Virus record (IMG/VR): IMGVR_UViG_3300035183_000583
Span: 1-25,421 of that record
Source: a virus
Lineage: Duplodnaviria > Caudoviricetes
Reading direction: 5' to 3' (one strand)
DNA length: 25,421 nucleotides
This document shows positions 5,987-15,349 of the stretch, one piece after another. Position numbers and translations under genes: made by a program. Below the pieces are notes generated by a model, which made no database searches, had not been told where the DNA came from, and saw only the letters and a program-made list of their open reading frames with translations. Position 1 is the first letter of the stretch. Every line of letters begins with the position of its first letter.

Positions 5987-6577
5987 TTAAATTTTTATTT
6001 TTTTTATTTTTAATTTTTTATCTAGTTTGTTTGATAACTTATTGTTTAGAATAATTTTTAATAAGTCTTCTACATTTAAATAATCAATATTATCTAACAC
6101 TTCTTTTATGTCATAAATATTAAATTCACTATCAATTTTATGTGCCTTTTCTAATAGTTCTTCAATATATTTGTTTATTAATTCATCTAAATAATCGCTT
6201 ATACTAAAATTATATAAGTATTGTTCTATTATATAAGAAATAGCTAATTTTATATTTTCTATTATTTTTAACCTAATATATTTAGGTCCATATTTTTGTC
6301 TGAAAGTTTCAAAAGCTTCTTCAATTTCTTCATAATTATTTTTAAAAATAATTAAAATATTTTCTTTTATAAGATAACTGTGTCCTTTAGAAATATGATA
6401 AATTAAATGTTTGTAATCTTCATAATATAATTTTATGAATGAATTTTTAAAATTTTCTTTATATAATAATAAATCTTTAAAATTTTTATTTTTAAAATCA
6501 TTAAAATTATCATTAATTGTTTTTTTAAATACATCTAAAGCAATATTTTTTAATTCACTTAATTCTAAAATATTCAT
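5987..6577 (-). CDS. Hypothetical protein, paralog family copy 3 (196 aa)
   Basis: AAAGGA RBS on the minus strand; C-terminus KIILNNKLSNKLDKKLKIKKIKI. Confidence 0.9.
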   Translation of the reverse strand: MNILELSELKNIALDVFKKTINDNFNDFKNKNFKDLLLYKENFKNSFIKLYYEDYKHLIYHISKGHSYLIKENILIIFKNNYEEIEEAFETFRQKYGPKYIRLKIIENIKLAISYIIEQYLYNFSISDYLDELINKYIEELLEKAHKIDSEFNIYDIKEVLDNIDYLNVEDLLKIILNNKLSNKLDKKLKIKKIKI

Positions 6578-6608
6578 ATTTTTATCCTTTAATTTAAATA
6601 TTTTATAT

Positions 6609-6645
6609 ATAATATCAAAATAAAATTGATTGTCAATATTTTTTT
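6609..6645 (-). promoter_or_regulatory. Promoter of the cassette family, inverted orientation
   Basis: Minus strand reads AAAAAAATATTGACAATCAATTTTATTTTGATATTAT (-35 at 6636-6631, -10 at 6614-6609). Confidence 0.75.
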
Positions 6646-6960
6646 ATATTTTTTATATAACACAATTTATTGTTCATATGTTATAATACATATATGAAAT
6701 TTTAAATAAAAATATATATTTTTTAACATAAATATATATATAAAAAATATTTTTTTTAAAAAAGATTTTTTTAAAAAAAATTCTAATAAAAATATATATA
6801 TTTTGTATAAAAATAAATTTTTCTAAATTTAGCTAAATTTTTAAAAATTTTTAATATTTTTATGTAAAAAATTACAAATTTTTTATAAAAATAAAAATAC
6901 AACAAAAATAAAATTTATATTTAATTATAAAATGTATAAGATAAAAATCAATAATATAAT

Positions 6961-7010
6961 TTGACAAAATTATTATTTAAAATATAATGTTTATATAGAT
7001 ATATAGAGGA
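6961..7010 (+). promoter_or_regulatory. Promoter and RBS at the start of the packaging operon
   Basis: TTGACA 6961-6966, 16 bp, TATAAT 6983-6988; GAGGA RBS. Confidence 0.75.
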
Positions 7011-7018
7011 TAATAAAA

Positions 7019-7468
7019 ATGGAAGAAGAAGATTTTAAATTTCCTGAGTTTGGAAGTAAAAAAAAGAAGATTGAATATACTACACAATTATACCAATCAA
7101 TAGCAATTGATTATGCAATTTATGAAGACATAATATATGTAGCAGAAAAGTTTGGTATAGATATTAAAGAAATGGAAGTTATTTTATCAAAGAAAGAATT
7201 TCAAAAGCAGTCAGAAAGAATTAAAGAACAATTAAGAAAAAAGAATATGGACCCTGAAACTTATAAAAAGAAATTGTTGGCTATGAAAGCTTTAGATGAA
7301 ATATCTTATGTTGCTTTTGGTCCCGATAGTAGAAATAAATTAGGAGCATTAAGAACATTGTGCGAATTAGCTGATGAATTAGGAAAAGGAAAAGATCCAG
7401 AAGAGAATAAAAAAGAAGAAAACAAGGTTATTCTTAATATAAGAAAGGAAGGTAAAAACAATACATAA
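7019..7468 (+). CDS. terS: Probable terminase small subunit (149 aa)
   Basis: Directly upstream of TerL; suitable size; HTH-like VAEKFGIDIKEM; NKLGALRTLCEL resembles TerS oligomerisation helices. Mainly a synteny call. Confidence 0.6.
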   Translation: MEEEDFKFPEFGSKKKKIEYTTQLYQSIAIDYAIYEDIIYVAEKFGIDIKEMEVILSKKEFQKQSERIKEQLRKKNMDPETYKKKLLAMKALDEISYVAFGPDSRNKLGALRTLCELADELGKGKDPEENKKEENKVILNIRKEGKNNT

Positions 7469-7527
7469 ATAATGTATTTATTATATTTAAATAAAATATA
7501 CAAAACTAACATAGATGGAGAGATAAA

Positions 7528-9189
7528 ATGAGTTTTGATGTAAAAAAAGTTATAGAAGAATATAATTCTATAACAGATGAAGAAGAAAGAAAAAACTTCA
7601 TAAAAAAAATGAAAAACGAAGCTGATAATAATTCAGGTTATTCATTAGAAGAAATTGAAGTTGGAGAAACTGTATATAATTTTGTTTTTGAGCACAATAA
7701 ATTAAGTTGTATAATGGGGCCTGTTGGTTCAGGTAAAACTGTTGGTTCTGTATTGAAAATATTTTTATACATGCAAGCAATCAAAAAAGGTAAAGGAGGT
7801 AAAAGAAGAAGTCGTTGGATTGTAGTTCGTAACACTAGAGTTGACTTAAAAGCTACAACAATTAAAACATTTTTACAATGGATGCGTCCATATGGAACAT
7901 ATTATGAAAGTAAAATGTTATTTAAAGCAAAGTTTAATGATGTTGAAGCAGAAGTTTTATTTTTAGCTTTAGATAATAAAAAAGATGTAGGAAAATTACT
8001 ATCGTTAGAATGTACTGGTATTTATTTTAACGAATTAAGTAAAATTGAACCTGTAATTTATACTACTGCTTTACAACGTATTGGTCGTTACCCTTCAAAA
8101 CATGCAGATGGAGCAGGTGCATTTTTTGACATGGAAAAAGTTGAAGAGTTAGGTATAATTGTTGATAAGAGTAAAAATGAAATAAATGAATTTGGAGAAA
8201 TTGAATATCAAATGTCATGTATTTTTGCTGATACTAACCCTCCAATGATGGGTTCGTTCTATCAAAAATTATTTGAAAAAGAGTTAGTTGATGAGCATGG
8301 TAAAGATATTAACCCTTCTGATTTTAAATTATATAGACAACCTTCTGGTTTAAGTCCTAATGCAGAAAATATTAAAAATTTAGAAGCTAATTATTACGAA
8401 TATATTGTAAGAAACTCTCCATCACAAGCTATTATTGATACACAAGTTCATGTTAAATATGGTATTGGAGAAACTGGTTTGGCAGTATATGGAAATTTTT
8501 TCAACAGAGATTATCATTGTGCTCACGGTTTATATGAAAAATTTTATTTAAATGAAATGTCTAAAAATTGTAAATTGTTAGTAGGTATGGACTTTGGTTT
8601 AAATCCTGCTTGCGTAATAGGTCAATTTATAGAAAATAAATTATATCTTTATGATGAGTTATACACTAAAGACGATTCTAAAATGGGTTTAGAAGAATTT
8701 ATGAAGAAAAAATTCTTGCCATTACTAGAAAAAAAATATTATAAATTTTTTAAAAACAGAAATAATGTATTATTTTGTGTTGACCCTGCTGGTAATCAAA
8801 ATCAACAATTAACTGGAACTTCATTATTAAGGGAGATTAGAAGTTATGGTTTTGATGTAAAATATCAAGATAATAATAGAATAGCACCTCGTCTTGAAGC
8901 TGTAAAAGCATTTTTAACTTTAAATGAAGGAAAGTCAAGTATTTTTTTTGATACAAAAATGGATTGGACTATTGCTGGTTTGGCAGGAAATTATTATTTT
9001 AAACAATCTAAAAATGGACTTGAAGATATTCCATTTAAAAATGAATATTCACATATTCAGGATGCGCTTCAATATTTATGTAAATTTTTAAAAGAGCAAA
9101 GAAACAGAAGATTTACAGAAATTGACAATTTTAATCCACCAGTTTATAATGTAATGAATAATATTGCTGATAAAAAAGCAGGATATTAA
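7528..9189 (+). CDS. terL: Terminase large subunit
   Basis: Walker A GPVGSGKT, RWIVVRNT, Walker B GIYFNE, coupling motif DTNPP, RNase H-like nuclease motifs GMDFGLNP, DPAG, HIQDALQY. Confidence 0.95.
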   Translation: MSFDVKKVIEEYNSITDEEERKNFIKKMKNEADNNSGYSLEEIEVGETVYNFVFEHNKLSCIMGPVGSGKTVGSVLKIFLYMQAIKKGKGGKRRSRWIVVRNTRVDLKATTIKTFLQWMRPYGTYYESKMLFKAKFNDVEAEVLFLALDNKKDVGKLLSLECTGIYFNELSKIEPVIYTTALQRIGRYPSKHADGAGAFFDMEKVEELGIIVDKSKNEINEFGEIEYQMSCIFADTNPPMMGSFYQKLFEKELVDEHGKDINPSDFKLYRQPSGLSPNAENIKNLEANYYEYIVRNSPSQAIIDTQVHVKYGIGETGLAVYGNFFNRDYHCAHGLYEKFYLNEMSKNCKLLVGMDFGLNPACVIGQFIENKLYLYDELYTKDDSKMGLEEFMKKKFLPLLEKKYYKFFKNRNNVLFCVDPAGNQNQQLTGTSLLREIRSYGFDVKYQDNNRIAPRLEAVKAFLTLNEGKSSIFFDTKMDWTIAGLAGNYYFKQSKNGLEDIPFKNEYSHIQDALQYLCKFLKEQRNRRFTEIDNFNPPVYNVMNNIADKKAGY

Positions 9190-9204
9190 TTTTAAGGAAT
9201 AAAA

Positions 9205-11436
9205 ATGAGTAATGGTTTTGATAAAGAAATAAGTAGTACAAAAGATATAATGTTATCAGATCAGAATGAAAAGTATTCTGAAATAAGTAATTATTTGTCT
9301 GGAAAATTTTCAGAATATAAAAATAAAAGAAAAGAAACGGAATATAAGTGGCTTCGTAATCAAAGGCAATATGATGGTAAGTATGAGCCTGAAGTTTTAA
9401 AAAGTATTCAACCTGGTAGATGTAGTTTATATAATCCTGTAACTACTAAAAAAGTTAATGAATTTAAGTCAAGAATGTTTGAGTTAGTAATTCCTGATGG
9501 AGATAGAAATTTTGGAATTAAAATAGATAATAATCCTTCTTTATCAAAAGAAGATACTGATTTAATTTTAGAAAAGTTAAATGAAAGACAAAAGCAAAGT
9601 TATCAACAATATATGCAAGCAATACAATCTGGACAGCAACCACCAGAATTGTTTGAAGTAACAGAAGATATAATTAAAGAAGAGATTAAAAATTTAGCTT
9701 TAACAAGAGCTAAAAATATGGAAGATACAATTGTAGATCAACTTGTTGATTGTGGATATACTGAAATTATGTCAAAGGTAATTTTCAGTGGTGCGATTTA
9801 TGGAACTGGTGTTATTCGTGGTCCTTATTATATTGCTGAAGATAAAATTAAATTTTATACTGATGAATTTGGAAATTGGACTTCTAAAAAAGTTACAGTT
9901 GGTCGTCCATATATTGAATACTGCAAAGTTTGGGATTTTTTTCCTGACATGGATGCTAAAAGTCAAGATGTAATGGATGGAGCATTTTTTTATCATACAA
10001 TGACAAAACAAGATTTAGTATCTTTATCTAAAAGAGATGATTTTTTAGGAGAAAACATTAAAGATTACATTTCATTAAATAAAAAAGGAAATTTTGTTTA
10101 TGAGTGGTATGAAACTGCTTTATATAGTTCTGGTAAAGAAAGAGCATTATATGAAAATAACAAATATCGTGTAGTTGAATATTGGGGTTCAGTGCCTGCT
10201 TATATGTGTAAAGATATATTTGATGATATTGAAGAAGATCAAGAATTAGTAGAAGTTAATGTTTGGATGATTGATAATATAATTATAAAATGTATTAAAA
10301 ATCCTTATGAAAGTGGTAGAAGACCTTTTAGATTTTATAATTTTCAATCTACAGAGGCTCAGTTATTAGGGTATGGTGTAACGGATTTAATTGAAGAATT
10401 ACAAGCAGGTTTGAATGCTGTTCATAGAGCAATTCATGATAATATTGCATATATTGCAGGTCCAATTATTGAAATGAATGAAGAATTGATTCCTGCTGGT
10501 CAGAAAATTGATAGATTATTTCCAGGTCAAATAATTCATAGAATTGGTATTGGTCAAGAAGCTCAGGCAAGAGTTTTACAAGATATTCAGGTAAATAGTC
10601 ATATCGGAGAATTGATGGAGATGTATAATACTTATTTAGAGGCAATTGATGATGTTACCTCTATTAAGGCAATTATGTCTGGAGATATGACAGGTCAAGC
10701 TACTCTTGGTAGAAGTGCTTCTGGTATCTCTCAAATAATGGGTGCTGCTGCTATTGTTTTAAGAGATTTAGCTAAACAGTTTGATTTTTTTAATCAACCA
10801 ATTATTGAAATGTTTGTTGAATGGAATATGATGTTTAATGATGATAAAAATATTAAAGGTGATCATAAAGTATATGCAAGAGTATCTACTGAAATTATTG
10901 ATAAAGAACTTAAATCTCAGTATTTAAGTAATATGATTATGCAAATGGCACCAGAACAAAGAGAATATGTTAATTGGAAAGGATTGTTAAAGAAACAGTT
11001 ATTAATGAAAAATATAGATCCAGATACTGTATTATTAACAGATGATGAATATAAAACATTACAATCTAATAAACAAGCTCAAATGTCACAAGAACAGGCT
11101 ATACAACAACAAATAGCACAACAAAGAATTCAAAATGAAACATTAAAAATTCAAAGTGATGCTAACTTAAAACAAGCTAAGATTTATGAAATTCAAAATA
11201 AAACTGATATTGCAAAATCAAAAGATCAATTAGATCATATTAAGGCATTAGCACAGGTAAATAAAGACAATAAATTAGCAGAACAAAAAGATAATGAATT
11301 AAAATACAAAGTGTTTAATGATGAACTTAATAGAAGTGAAGATTTTATTGGAAAAATGATGGATTCAAAATCACAAGATAATAAATACAAAAATAATGGA
11401 GAAAATCAATCTGAAAATAATGGAGAAAATAAATGA
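9205..11436 (+). CDS. Portal protein with long Q-rich coiled-coil C-terminus
   Basis: Follows TerL; GAIYGTGVIRGP, VKEYWG-like RVVEYWG, RRPF..Y, LLGYGVTD, RSASGISQIMGAA; helical tail as in barrel-bearing podophage portals. Confidence 0.9.
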   Translation: MSNGFDKEISSTKDIMLSDQNEKYSEISNYLSGKFSEYKNKRKETEYKWLRNQRQYDGKYEPEVLKSIQPGRCSLYNPVTTKKVNEFKSRMFELVIPDGDRNFGIKIDNNPSLSKEDTDLILEKLNERQKQSYQQYMQAIQSGQQPPELFEVTEDIIKEEIKNLALTRAKNMEDTIVDQLVDCGYTEIMSKVIFSGAIYGTGVIRGPYYIAEDKIKFYTDEFGNWTSKKVTVGRPYIEYCKVWDFFPDMDAKSQDVMDGAFFYHTMTKQDLVSLSKRDDFLGENIKDYISLNKKGNFVYEWYETALYSSGKERALYENNKYRVVEYWGSVPAYMCKDIFDDIEEDQELVEVNVWMIDNIIIKCIKNPYESGRRPFRFYNFQSTEAQLLGYGVTDLIEELQAGLNAVHRAIHDNIAYIAGPIIEMNEELIPAGQKIDRLFPGQIIHRIGIGQEAQARVLQDIQVNSHIGELMEMYNTYLEAIDDVTSIKAIMSGDMTGQATLGRSASGISQIMGAAAIVLRDLAKQFDFFNQPIIEMFVEWNMMFNDDKNIKGDHKVYARVSTEIIDKELKSQYLSNMIMQMAPEQREYVNWKGLLKKQLLMKNIDPDTVLLTDDEYKTLQSNKQAQMSQEQAIQQQIAQQRIQNETLKIQSDANLKQAKIYEIQNKTDIAKSKDQLDHIKALAQVNKDNKLAEQKDNELKYKVFNDELNRSEDFIGKMMDSKSQDNKYKNNGENQSENNGENK

Positions 11437-11678
11437 ACTTAAGTAATGAAGAATATTTTAGATTTATAAATAGATTAGATGAAAATACTTTAGAAGGTAT
11501 TAAATTTTTATTAAAAGAAAATAAAGAAAAAACATCTTCAAAGTTTTTATCATGTGAAAACGAAAAAGAATTATTTAGAATTCAAGGTCAATTAAACTCT
11601 TATGAAGAAATGATTAAATTAATTGAAAGAATAAAAGAAGATAAAATTAGAAAAAAACAAGAATTTTTTAATAATTGA
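11433..11678 (+). CDS. Small portal-adjacent hypothetical protein (81 aa)
   Basis: ATGA overlap with the portal stop; GGAG upstream; helical, with LFRIQGQLNSY. Confidence 0.8.
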   Translation: MNLSNEEYFRFINRLDENTLEGIKFLLKENKEKTSSKFLSCENEKELFRIQGQLNSYEEMIKLIERIKEDKIRKKQEFFNN

Positions 11679-11699
11679 TATTTAAAATATTTTAAACAC

Positions 11700-11728
11700 T
11701 TGACAAAAAATATTTTTGTATTTATTAT
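11700..11728 (+). promoter_or_regulatory. sigma70-type promoter before scaffold/capsid genes
   Basis: TTGACA 11700-11705, 17 bp, TATTAT 11723-11728. Confidence 0.7.
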
Positions 11729-11756
11729 ATAAAAAATATAGATATAGAGAAAAAAT

Positions 11757-12803
11757 ATGAATGAAAAAGAAAATATAAGTTTAGAAGAATTATTTGATGA
11801 AATAGAAGCTACTGTAGATGATAATTTAACTGAAATTAAACATAATACAACTGATTCTAAAGGTTTAGTTTCAGATTTTGAAGAATTAAAATCTAAAGAG
11901 CAAAATAAAGAAGAGGATAACAAGCAAGAAACAGAGCATAAAGTTGAGTCTGTTGAAGAGTCTGATGTTGAAAATGCTCCTGAAATTAAAGTTGAAAAAG
12001 ATTCTGAATCTAAAGTTGAAAAAGATTCTGAATCTAAAATTGAAAAAGCTCCTGAAGCTAAAACTGAAAAAATTCCTTCTATTGAAGATATTAAAAAAAT
12101 ATTTGAAGAAGAAAATAGAAGAAAGGAAGAAGAAAGATTAGCTAAAGAAAAAGCAGAACTTGAAAGAATAGAGCAAGAAAGAATTGCTAAAGAAAAAAAG
12201 GAAGCATTAAATAATGAAATTAACTTTGATGGAAGTAGTGTTTTAACTGAAGAAGAAAAAAAAGTTATTAAACAGGTTGAGGAAGATTATCCTGAGATAA
12301 AAAAAGTATTAGACAGTTATGAAAAGAAAACAAAAGCTGTTAATGAAAAAAGAATTGAGTTATATGTCAGAAGTGCTGTTGAGCATGTATTTAATGAAAT
12401 TACAAGGGTTTATGGGCCATTATTTCAAGATTATATTCAACAAAAAGAGCAAGTTATATCTAATAGATTTAGAGAAGCTCACCCTGACTTTAACGATGAT
12501 ATGAGTAAAGATTTACAAAATTGGATAAATTCTTATCCAGAAAATTTAAAAAAAGGTTTAGAAAATGCATTCAATGGAAACATTGAAGATAAAATTAAGG
12601 TTGTTGAAATGTATAAACAATTTAAAGGAATTGGTAAGGTATCGCAAACAAATATAGAGCCTGCTAAAATTCCTGTTAATGATAAAAAGATTGAAGATAA
12701 AAAGAAAGCATTAAGTCCAGTTAATTCAAAGACAAATGCTTCCAAAATGTTAAGAGATGATGAAGAGATTATAGACAAGTCAAAATTATTTGATGAAGTC
12801 TAA
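11757..12803 (+). CDS. Probable capsid scaffolding protein
   Basis: Between portal and MCP; acidic disordered N-terminus, E/K coiled coil, AHPDF motif. Confidence 0.75.
   Translation: MNEKENISLEELFDEIEATVDDNLTEIKHNTTDSKGLVSDFEELKSKEQNKEEDNKQETEHKVESVEESDVENAPEIKVEKDSESKVEKDSESKIEKAPEAKTEKIPSIEDIKKIFEEENRRKEEERLAKEKAELERIEQERIAKEKKEALNNEINFDGSSVLTEEEKKVIKQVEEDYPEIKKVLDSYEKKTKAVNEKRIELYVRSAVEHVFNEITRVYGPLFQDYIQQKEQVISNRFREAHPDFNDDMSKDLQNWINSYPENLKKGLENAFNGNIEDKIKVVEMYKQFKGIGKVSQTNIEPAKIPVNDKKIEDKKKALSPVNSKTNASKMLRDDEEIIDKSKLFDEV
11964..12083 (+). repeat. 24-bp (octapeptide) tandem repeat in the scaffold gene
   Basis: DVENAPEI-KVEKDSES-KVEKDSES-KIEKAPEA-KTEKIPSI; two exact AAAGTTGAAAAAGATTCTGAATCT units from 11988. 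Confidence 0.85.
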
Positions 12804-12857
12804 AAAGAATAGATATATAGAAAAGTTAAAATATAGGTAATTTTTTTAGGAGAAAAT

Positions 12858-13871
12858 ATGAACACTTATACAAGTTTATCACAACGTACAAACGTTTGGG
12901 CTGTTAAAAAACTTTTAGTTAATATGCAACCATATATGCATATTCAAAATTTAGCAGGTCAAAATGCACAACCATTACCTGAAAATACTAATTCTACTAT
13001 ATCTTTCCGTAGATATTTAGATTTCGCTGTTAATGATACGCCATTAACAGAAGGTACTACTTCAGATAATTATCAGGATTTAAACAAAGAAGATTTTACT
13101 GTTTCAGTTCAACAATATGGTGCTTATACAACTCTTTCTGATAAAGCATTGTTATTAATGGAAGATCCAGTTTTAGAGCAAACTATATCTAGAATGGGTA
13201 TTCAGGCTGGTAAAACTGTTGAAACAGTTGGTTGGAAAGTTTTATCTACTTGTCCTAATGTAATTTTTGCAGGTGGTGTTGCTTCTGCAAGTTTAGTAAA
13301 TTCTGTTTTTACAATTGATGATATTCGTTCAGCAGTATCTGTTCTTTTAAACAATAATGCAGAAAAAATTTCTGATGCAGTTGATGCAACACCAAAATTC
13401 AATACTGTTGGTTTACCTGAAAGTTATTATGCTTTAATTCACCCAAATCTTCTTAAAGATTTAAGACATTTGAATGCAAGTGCTGCTGGTAAATCAGACG
13501 ACTATATACCTGTTGAGAAGTATTCTCAAACTGCTCCATTATTGAAAGGTGAAGTTGGTAAGGTTGAAGATGTTCGTTTCTTACAATCTACTCTTTATAC
13601 ACCAACATTAGGTGGTGGTGCTCCTTCTACAACTGTAAGAAATACAGGTGGAAATGCAGACCTTTATAACATTGTTATTATAGGTAAAGATGCATATTCT
13701 ACTGTTGCTGTTAAAGGTGTTTATTCTGCTGAAATTAACGTTTCCGCTGATATTGCAACACCTGATAACCCTTATAAAGCAAAAAGAAGTATTTCTTGGA
13801 AATTATGGTATGCAATTGTAATTACTAATCCTCGTAATTTAGTAAGAATTGTTACTGCTTGCTCAAAATAA
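12858..13871 (+). CDS. Major capsid protein, N4-gp56 family
   Basis: QPLPENTNSTISFRRY, TPLTEG, VQQYGAYTTLSD, YYALIHP, GEVGKVEDVRF, IIGKDAY, ISWKLWY are typical of the family; AGGAG RBS; strong terminator follows. Confidence 0.93.
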   Translation: MNTYTSLSQRTNVWAVKKLLVNMQPYMHIQNLAGQNAQPLPENTNSTISFRRYLDFAVNDTPLTEGTTSDNYQDLNKEDFTVSVQQYGAYTTLSDKALLLMEDPVLEQTISRMGIQAGKTVETVGWKVLSTCPNVIFAGGVASASLVNSVFTIDDIRSAVSVLLNNNAEKISDAVDATPKFNTVGLPESYYALIHPNLLKDLRHLNASAAGKSDDYIPVEKYSQTAPLLKGEVGKVEDVRFLQSTLYTPTLGGGAPSTTVRNTGGNADLYNIVIIGKDAYSTVAVKGVYSAEINVSADIATPDNPYKAKRSISWKLWYAIVITNPRNLVRIVTACSK

Positions 13872-13886
13872 TAATTGAGTAAATAT

Positions 13887-13914
13887 AAAAAGGAGTGGAA
13901 ACACTCCTTTTTTT
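13887..13914 (+). terminator. Intrinsic terminator after MCP
   Basis: AAAAAGGAGTG-GAAA-CACTCCTTTTTTT, GNRA loop. Confidence 0.92.
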
Positions 13915-13916
13915 AT

Positions 13917-13945
13917 TTGACAAAAAAGTTTTTATTTTATATTAT
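13917..13945 (+). promoter_or_regulatory. sigma70-type promoter restarting transcription after the MCP terminator
   Basis: TTGACA 13917-13922, 17 bp, TATTAT 13940-13945. Confidence 0.7.
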
Positions 13946-13980
13946 TATATTATTATATTTAATTTTTAAAGGTTATTATT

Positions 13981-14214
13981 ATGGCTTATTTAAAGAATGT
14001 TGCAACAATATCAATAGGAAATGATGGTTCATATATTGTTACTATTGATCCAGATTGTTACATGGATGATGAAGACAATGATATTTATGTAGATTCTGAT
14101 GATATAGTTTTTACTGCTAAAAGTATGGAAGAATTAAAGGGATTGTTAGAAGAAAATTTATCAAAAGTAAAATTTAAATCTTCTCAAGAGGTTTTTGATA
14201 AAATAAAAGTTTAA
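13981..14214 (+). CDS. Small acidic hypothetical protein (77 aa)
   Basis: AAAGGT RBS; fills the gap between genes; D-rich central loop. Confidence 0.75.
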   Translation: MAYLKNVATISIGNDGSYIVTIDPDCYMDDEDNDIYVDSDDIVFTAKSMEELKGLLEENLSKVKFKSSQEVFDKIKV

Positions 14215-14246
14215 ACAAAATATAGCATATAGATAAGGAGATAAAA

Positions 14247-14627
14247 ATGGCTACAAAAAAAGAAAATGTACTTGATGATTTTCAAGAAGATGATAAGATT
14301 TCTAAAGAGTATGAGGCTAAAATTAGAGCTAAAATTTTAAAAGAAATTGAAGAAGAACAAAGACGAAAACAATTAGAAGAAGAAGAAGAAAATAAAAAGA
14401 AAAAATTATGGGGGTATAATATTACACTTTCTCATGCAAATTATTTTGCATTACATAAAAAAGCAGAATTTTGGATAAATGGAGAAGTATGGGTTGTTCC
14501 TGAAGGAGTTCCAACAGATGTACCAGAAGCTGTTGTTTGGATTATTGAAGATCATTGTGAGAAAAATAAAAATAATCCAACTTCTATTATGTATAGATGT
14601 GTTAAAAATAAACCAATATATAAATAA
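14247..14627 (+). CDS. Hypothetical virion-module protein (126 aa)
   Basis: AAGGAG RBS; coiled coil followed by INGEVWVVPEGVPTDVPEAVV, of the type I recall downstream of N4-gp56-family capsid genes. Confidence 0.8.
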   Translation: MATKKENVLDDFQEDDKISKEYEAKIRAKILKEIEEEQRRKQLEEEEENKKKKLWGYNITLSHANYFALHKKAEFWINGEVWVVPEGVPTDVPEAVVWIIEDHCEKNKNNPTSIMYRCVKNKPIYK

Positions 14628-14635
14628 GGTATTTT

Positions 14636-15349
14636 ATGAATATTAGACAAATCTTTCAAAATGCTAGATTATTAGTAAGTGATGTTCAGCATAGTACAAA
14701 TAATTCAGATTCTGATACTTTTGTTCAAGATAGTCAGTTGTTAAATTTTTTAAATGATGGAATAACTTATTTTGATTTTTTGACAGGAATTGAAAGATTT
14801 GCTTATGAAGATGGAGATTTTACAATAAATGTTGTAGCAGGTACTGATTTATATACATTACCTCCTAATATTGCAAAAATTGACACAGTTCAGTTAGAGA
14901 ATGGAAATAATAAAATTTTGTTAGAAGAAGTAGCTTATGAAAATATAGTTACTAACAGACTTTTATTAACTCCAAATGATCAGTATTTAACACTAAATTT
15001 AAGAGGTGATCCTGTTTATTATAGTTTAGATTATGATGATCAGAAAATAAAATTATTTCCAATTCCTTCACAAAATTGGACTTTAAAAATGAGAGGTACA
15101 TATTATCAAACAATATTTACTCAATCTGATTATAATAAAACAGTACCATTTCCTGCTAAATTTCATCAAGCATTTGTTTATTATTTAGCTTCAAGAATGA
15201 CAGAAATTATTGATTTTGATGTTTTTGATATAAAAATGTCACAATATTATATGTCCAAATTTAATGAAATTGTTAGAATGGCTAAATTAGAACAATCTAA
15301 ATTAGAAAGACAAAATGCAATATGGACTAATGGAGCTTACAATGTCTAA
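14636..15349 (+). CDS. Probable head-tail adaptor protein
   Basis: QLLNFLNDG helix, VVAGTDLYTLP, IKLFPIP, FHQAFVYYLAS pattern; position after the capsid genes. Confidence 0.7.
   Translation: MNIRQIFQNARLLVSDVQHSTNNSDSDTFVQDSQLLNFLNDGITYFDFLTGIERFAYEDGDFTINVVAGTDLYTLPPNIAKIDTVQLENGNNKILLEEVAYENIVTNRLLLTPNDQYLTLNLRGDPVYYSLDYDDQKIKLFPIPSQNWTLKMRGTYYQTIFTQSDYNKTVPFPAKFHQAFVYYLASRMTEIIDFDVFDIKMSQYYMSKFNEIVRMAKLEQSKLERQNAIWTNGAYNV

Noticed and set aside
6435-6623. Plus-strand 62-aa ORF
   Set aside because: Antisense to paralog copy 3.
7306-13402. Short overlapping ORFs at 7306, 7598, 7638, 9772, 9788, 11600, 11944, 12319, 12533 and 13202
   Set aside because: Antisense or off-frame shadows of well-supported structural genes.
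15315-15341. ORF-track start at 15315
   Set aside because: Overlaps the upstream gene by 35 bp; ATG 15342 has a properly spaced GGAG.
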